Below are positions 61,560-64,000 of a stretch of DNA of 64,000 bases, in pieces (position 1 is the first letter of the stretch; each line of letters begins with the position of its first letter). Source of the stretch: Mobula hypostoma (taxonomy: Eukaryota); NCBI RefSeq assembly GCF_963921235.1, contig NC_086097.1:56608001-56672000 (forward strand), read 5' to 3'. The notes beneath the pieces are model-generated. The model worked only from the letters and a program-made list of their open reading frames with translations. It was not told the DNA's origin and searched no databases. A program made the position numbers and the translations under genes.

Positions 61560-61706
61560 GAGGCACACGATACAGCTATTAGACCTGCTGCCTCACAGTC
61601 CCAGTAACCCAAGTTCAATACTGACCTCCGTTGCTGTCTGCGTGGAGACTGCATGCTCTCCGTGTGACTGCATGTGTTCCCGTTTCTTCTCACATCGCAA
61701 ACACAC
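61560..61706 (+). mobile_element. V-SINE (tRNA-derived, HE1-like), 3'-truncated
   Basis: 'gctgcctcacag...ccaagttcaatac' (B-box-like) followed by a V-domain-like 'gtctgcgtggagactgcatgctctccgtgtgactgc...gtttcttctcaca'. Confidence 0.75.
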
Positions 61707-61719
61707 CTCATAATACCAA

Positions 61720-64000
61720 TAATGCGGAGCAGGGGATCACAGAGTGAGATGAAGATGATTTCTCGTGGACTTTACGGGCCAGGTTTAAAAAGCAACCAGC
61801 ACTTTTGGGACTTGTCTGTGGAGTGGGAGATCGCAGAATGGGTTTGCAGGGCACCTAATGGTGTCCCCGATGAGTCAATCAGCAGGAAGTGCACCCAATT
61901 TCAATTCCTTAGTGACAAAATCAAGGAACCAGATCTGGAGCTGGAGGTACTCAGGGCCATCCAGAAGGGTGAAAACCTCAGAGATGAGACTTTTACTGAG
62001 GTGGTCACACCTAGAGTGCAGGCTTCAGGTAGTAGATGGGTGACCACCAGGAGAAGTAAGGGGTGTAGGCAGTCGGTGTAGGGTTTCCCTGTGGCCATAC
62101 CCCTCATCAACAAATATACCCCTTTGGATACCACTGGTGGGGGATGACCTACCAGGTACAGCAGCAGCCAGGCCAGCGGCACTTTGGCCGGATGTAAGGC
62201 TCAGTAGAGAAGGTTAAAATCAGGTAGAGCGATAGTAATGGGAGTCTTAATAGTTGGGGGGGGGGGGCGGAAGCGAACAGGAGATTCTGTGACCGAGAAA
62301 GGGAAGCCAGGATGTTGTGTTGCCTCCTAGGTGTTAAGGTCAAGGATGTCTCAGAGCGATTGTGAAATATTCTCAATTAGGGAGGGTGAGCAAACAGAGG
62401 TCATGGTGCACATTGGCACCAATGATATAGGTAGAAAGATGGAAGAGATCCCACTCAGTGAGTATAGGGAGTTAGGGAAGAGGGTGAAGAGCAGGATCTT
62501 CAAGGTGGTAATCTCTGGTTTACACCAAGAGTCACGTGTTAGTCAGGGCAGGAGTAGGATGATAATACAGATGAATGAGTGGCTGAGGAACAGATGTAGG
62601 AAGCAGGGTTTCAAATTCTTGGATAACTTTAACTTTTTCTGGGGCAGTGGTAACCTGTACAAGAGGGACAAGTTGCGTTAACCTGGAGGGGAACCAATAT
62701 CCTGGCTGAGATGTTCACTAATGCTACTCGGGGGGCGGGGGGGGTGTCTAAATTAGTTTGGCAGCGGGATGGGAACCAGAATACAAGGTCAGAAAGTGGA
62801 GAGGTGGAGAGAAAGGTAGTTATCAGAACCATTTAAAAAAGTATACAGGAGCAAAGCAGTAGTGCTAAGAGTAGTATGGGTAAAGGTGATAAACATGGAA
62901 CTATGATGTTGTGGCTATTGTGGAGACTTGGTTGAAAGAGGGATAGAAATGGATGCTTAATGACCCAGCATTTCAATGTTTTAGAAAATATAGAGAGGGA
63001 GGTAAGAGTGATGTCGTACGGCTAATCAGAAACACTATCACAGAGAGGACGTAATGGAAGGTCCATCCACATGGGTAGAATTTAAAAATAGGAAGAGTGC
63101 AATCACTCTAATGGGATTGTACTACAGACCCCTCCCCTCCCCCTCCAAAAGCCACCAGGACATTGTAGAATAAATATGCAGGCAGATTAAGAAAAGATGT
63201 AAAAACAAAAGATTGTTGTCATGGGGGACTTCAACGTCCCCAGTATAAACCGGTGCCTTCTTAGTGCAAGAGGTCTAGATGGGGCATCCAGGAAGGTTTT
63301 TTTAAATTAATATGTAGATAGTCCAACAAGAGGAGGAGCTGTACTGGAGTTGGTGTTGGGTAAGGAGCTTGGGCAGGTGACTGACCTTTCAGTGGATGAA
63401 CAGTTAGGGAACAGTGACCACAACTCCTTAAGTTTTAAGATAGCTATAGATGAGGATAAATATGGATCTTGCAGGAGAGCATTAAATTGGAGCTGGGCAA
63501 ATTATGAGAGCATTAGGCAGGAACTAGGGAGAGATCACTGGGAACAGCTGTTTTTGGGCAAGTCCACATCCAACATGTGGTGGGTGTTTAAAGACATACA
63601 GTACAAAATGGGTATGTCCTAGTAAGAAGGAAGAACAAGGATGGCAAGGTAAGAGAATCTTGGATGTCGAGGGAGATAATGAAATTAGTCAAGAAGAAAA
63701 AGGAGAAGTATGCGAATCTTAGGAAGCTGGAAGAGGATTATGAAGAAGCCAGAAAAGAACTCAAGAAGGGGAATTAGGAAAGCCAGGAGGGGGCTGTGAA
63801 AAGTCTTTGGCAAGTAGGATGAAAGACATCCCCAAGGCATTCCATATACACATCAAAAGCAAGAGGATAACTAGGGAGAGGGTAGAACCATTCATGAATA
63901 AAGGGGTGAACATTTGCTTGCATGCGGACGACGTGGGTGAGGTCCTTAATAAGAAACTTACATCATTATTTAACAAGGAGGGGGACGTGGCGGACAAGGA
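61720..64000 (+). mobile_element. Degenerate CR1 5' half (ORF1 + ORF2 endonuclease), running off the window
   Basis: ORF1 remnants (ETFTEVVTP, WVTTRRSKG, VMVHIGTNDIG, VVISGL) and endonuclease remnants (VAIVETWL, YYRPL, VMGDFN, SDHNSL). Confidence 0.9.

Noticed and set aside
61560..61640. tRNA gene
   Set aside because: Only a degenerate B-box-like motif with no cloverleaf, followed by a V-SINE core, so it is a SINE head.
1..64000. Prokaryotic-type novel system (CRISPR array, retron, defence operon, DGR)
   Set aside because: No repeat-spacer array, operon structure or intact gene. All RT and endonuclease motifs belong to eukaryotic LINE, LTR or PLE families.

Overview
Eukaryotic, repeat-saturated, apparently non-coding (intergenic or deep-intronic) DNA. 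The repeat mix suggests a cartilaginous fish, probably a ray (inference only): many CR1-clade LINEs with esterase ORF1, Rex1/Babar LINEs, a V-SINE, Penelope-like elements (PLEs), L1, RTE, Gypsy, Tc1, hAT-Charlie and Chapaev3. I found no intact host gene, RNA gene, CRISPR array or prokaryotic system. Every recognisable ORF is a transposon fragment or its antisense shadow. Main points of interest: (i) several PLE pseudo-LTR copies whose consensus rebuilds a minimal type I hammerhead ribozyme; (ii) four PLE insertions with fold-back (inverted) structure; (iii) an unexplained diverged inverted repeat at 35906-36883 in otherwise unique DNA; (iv) several multi-layer nested insertions with readable target-site duplications (TSDs); (v) a TIR-bounded Chapaev3-like transposon. 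All calls were made by eye. Boundaries without a stated TSD or TIR are approximate, and family names need confirming against Dfam/Repbase.
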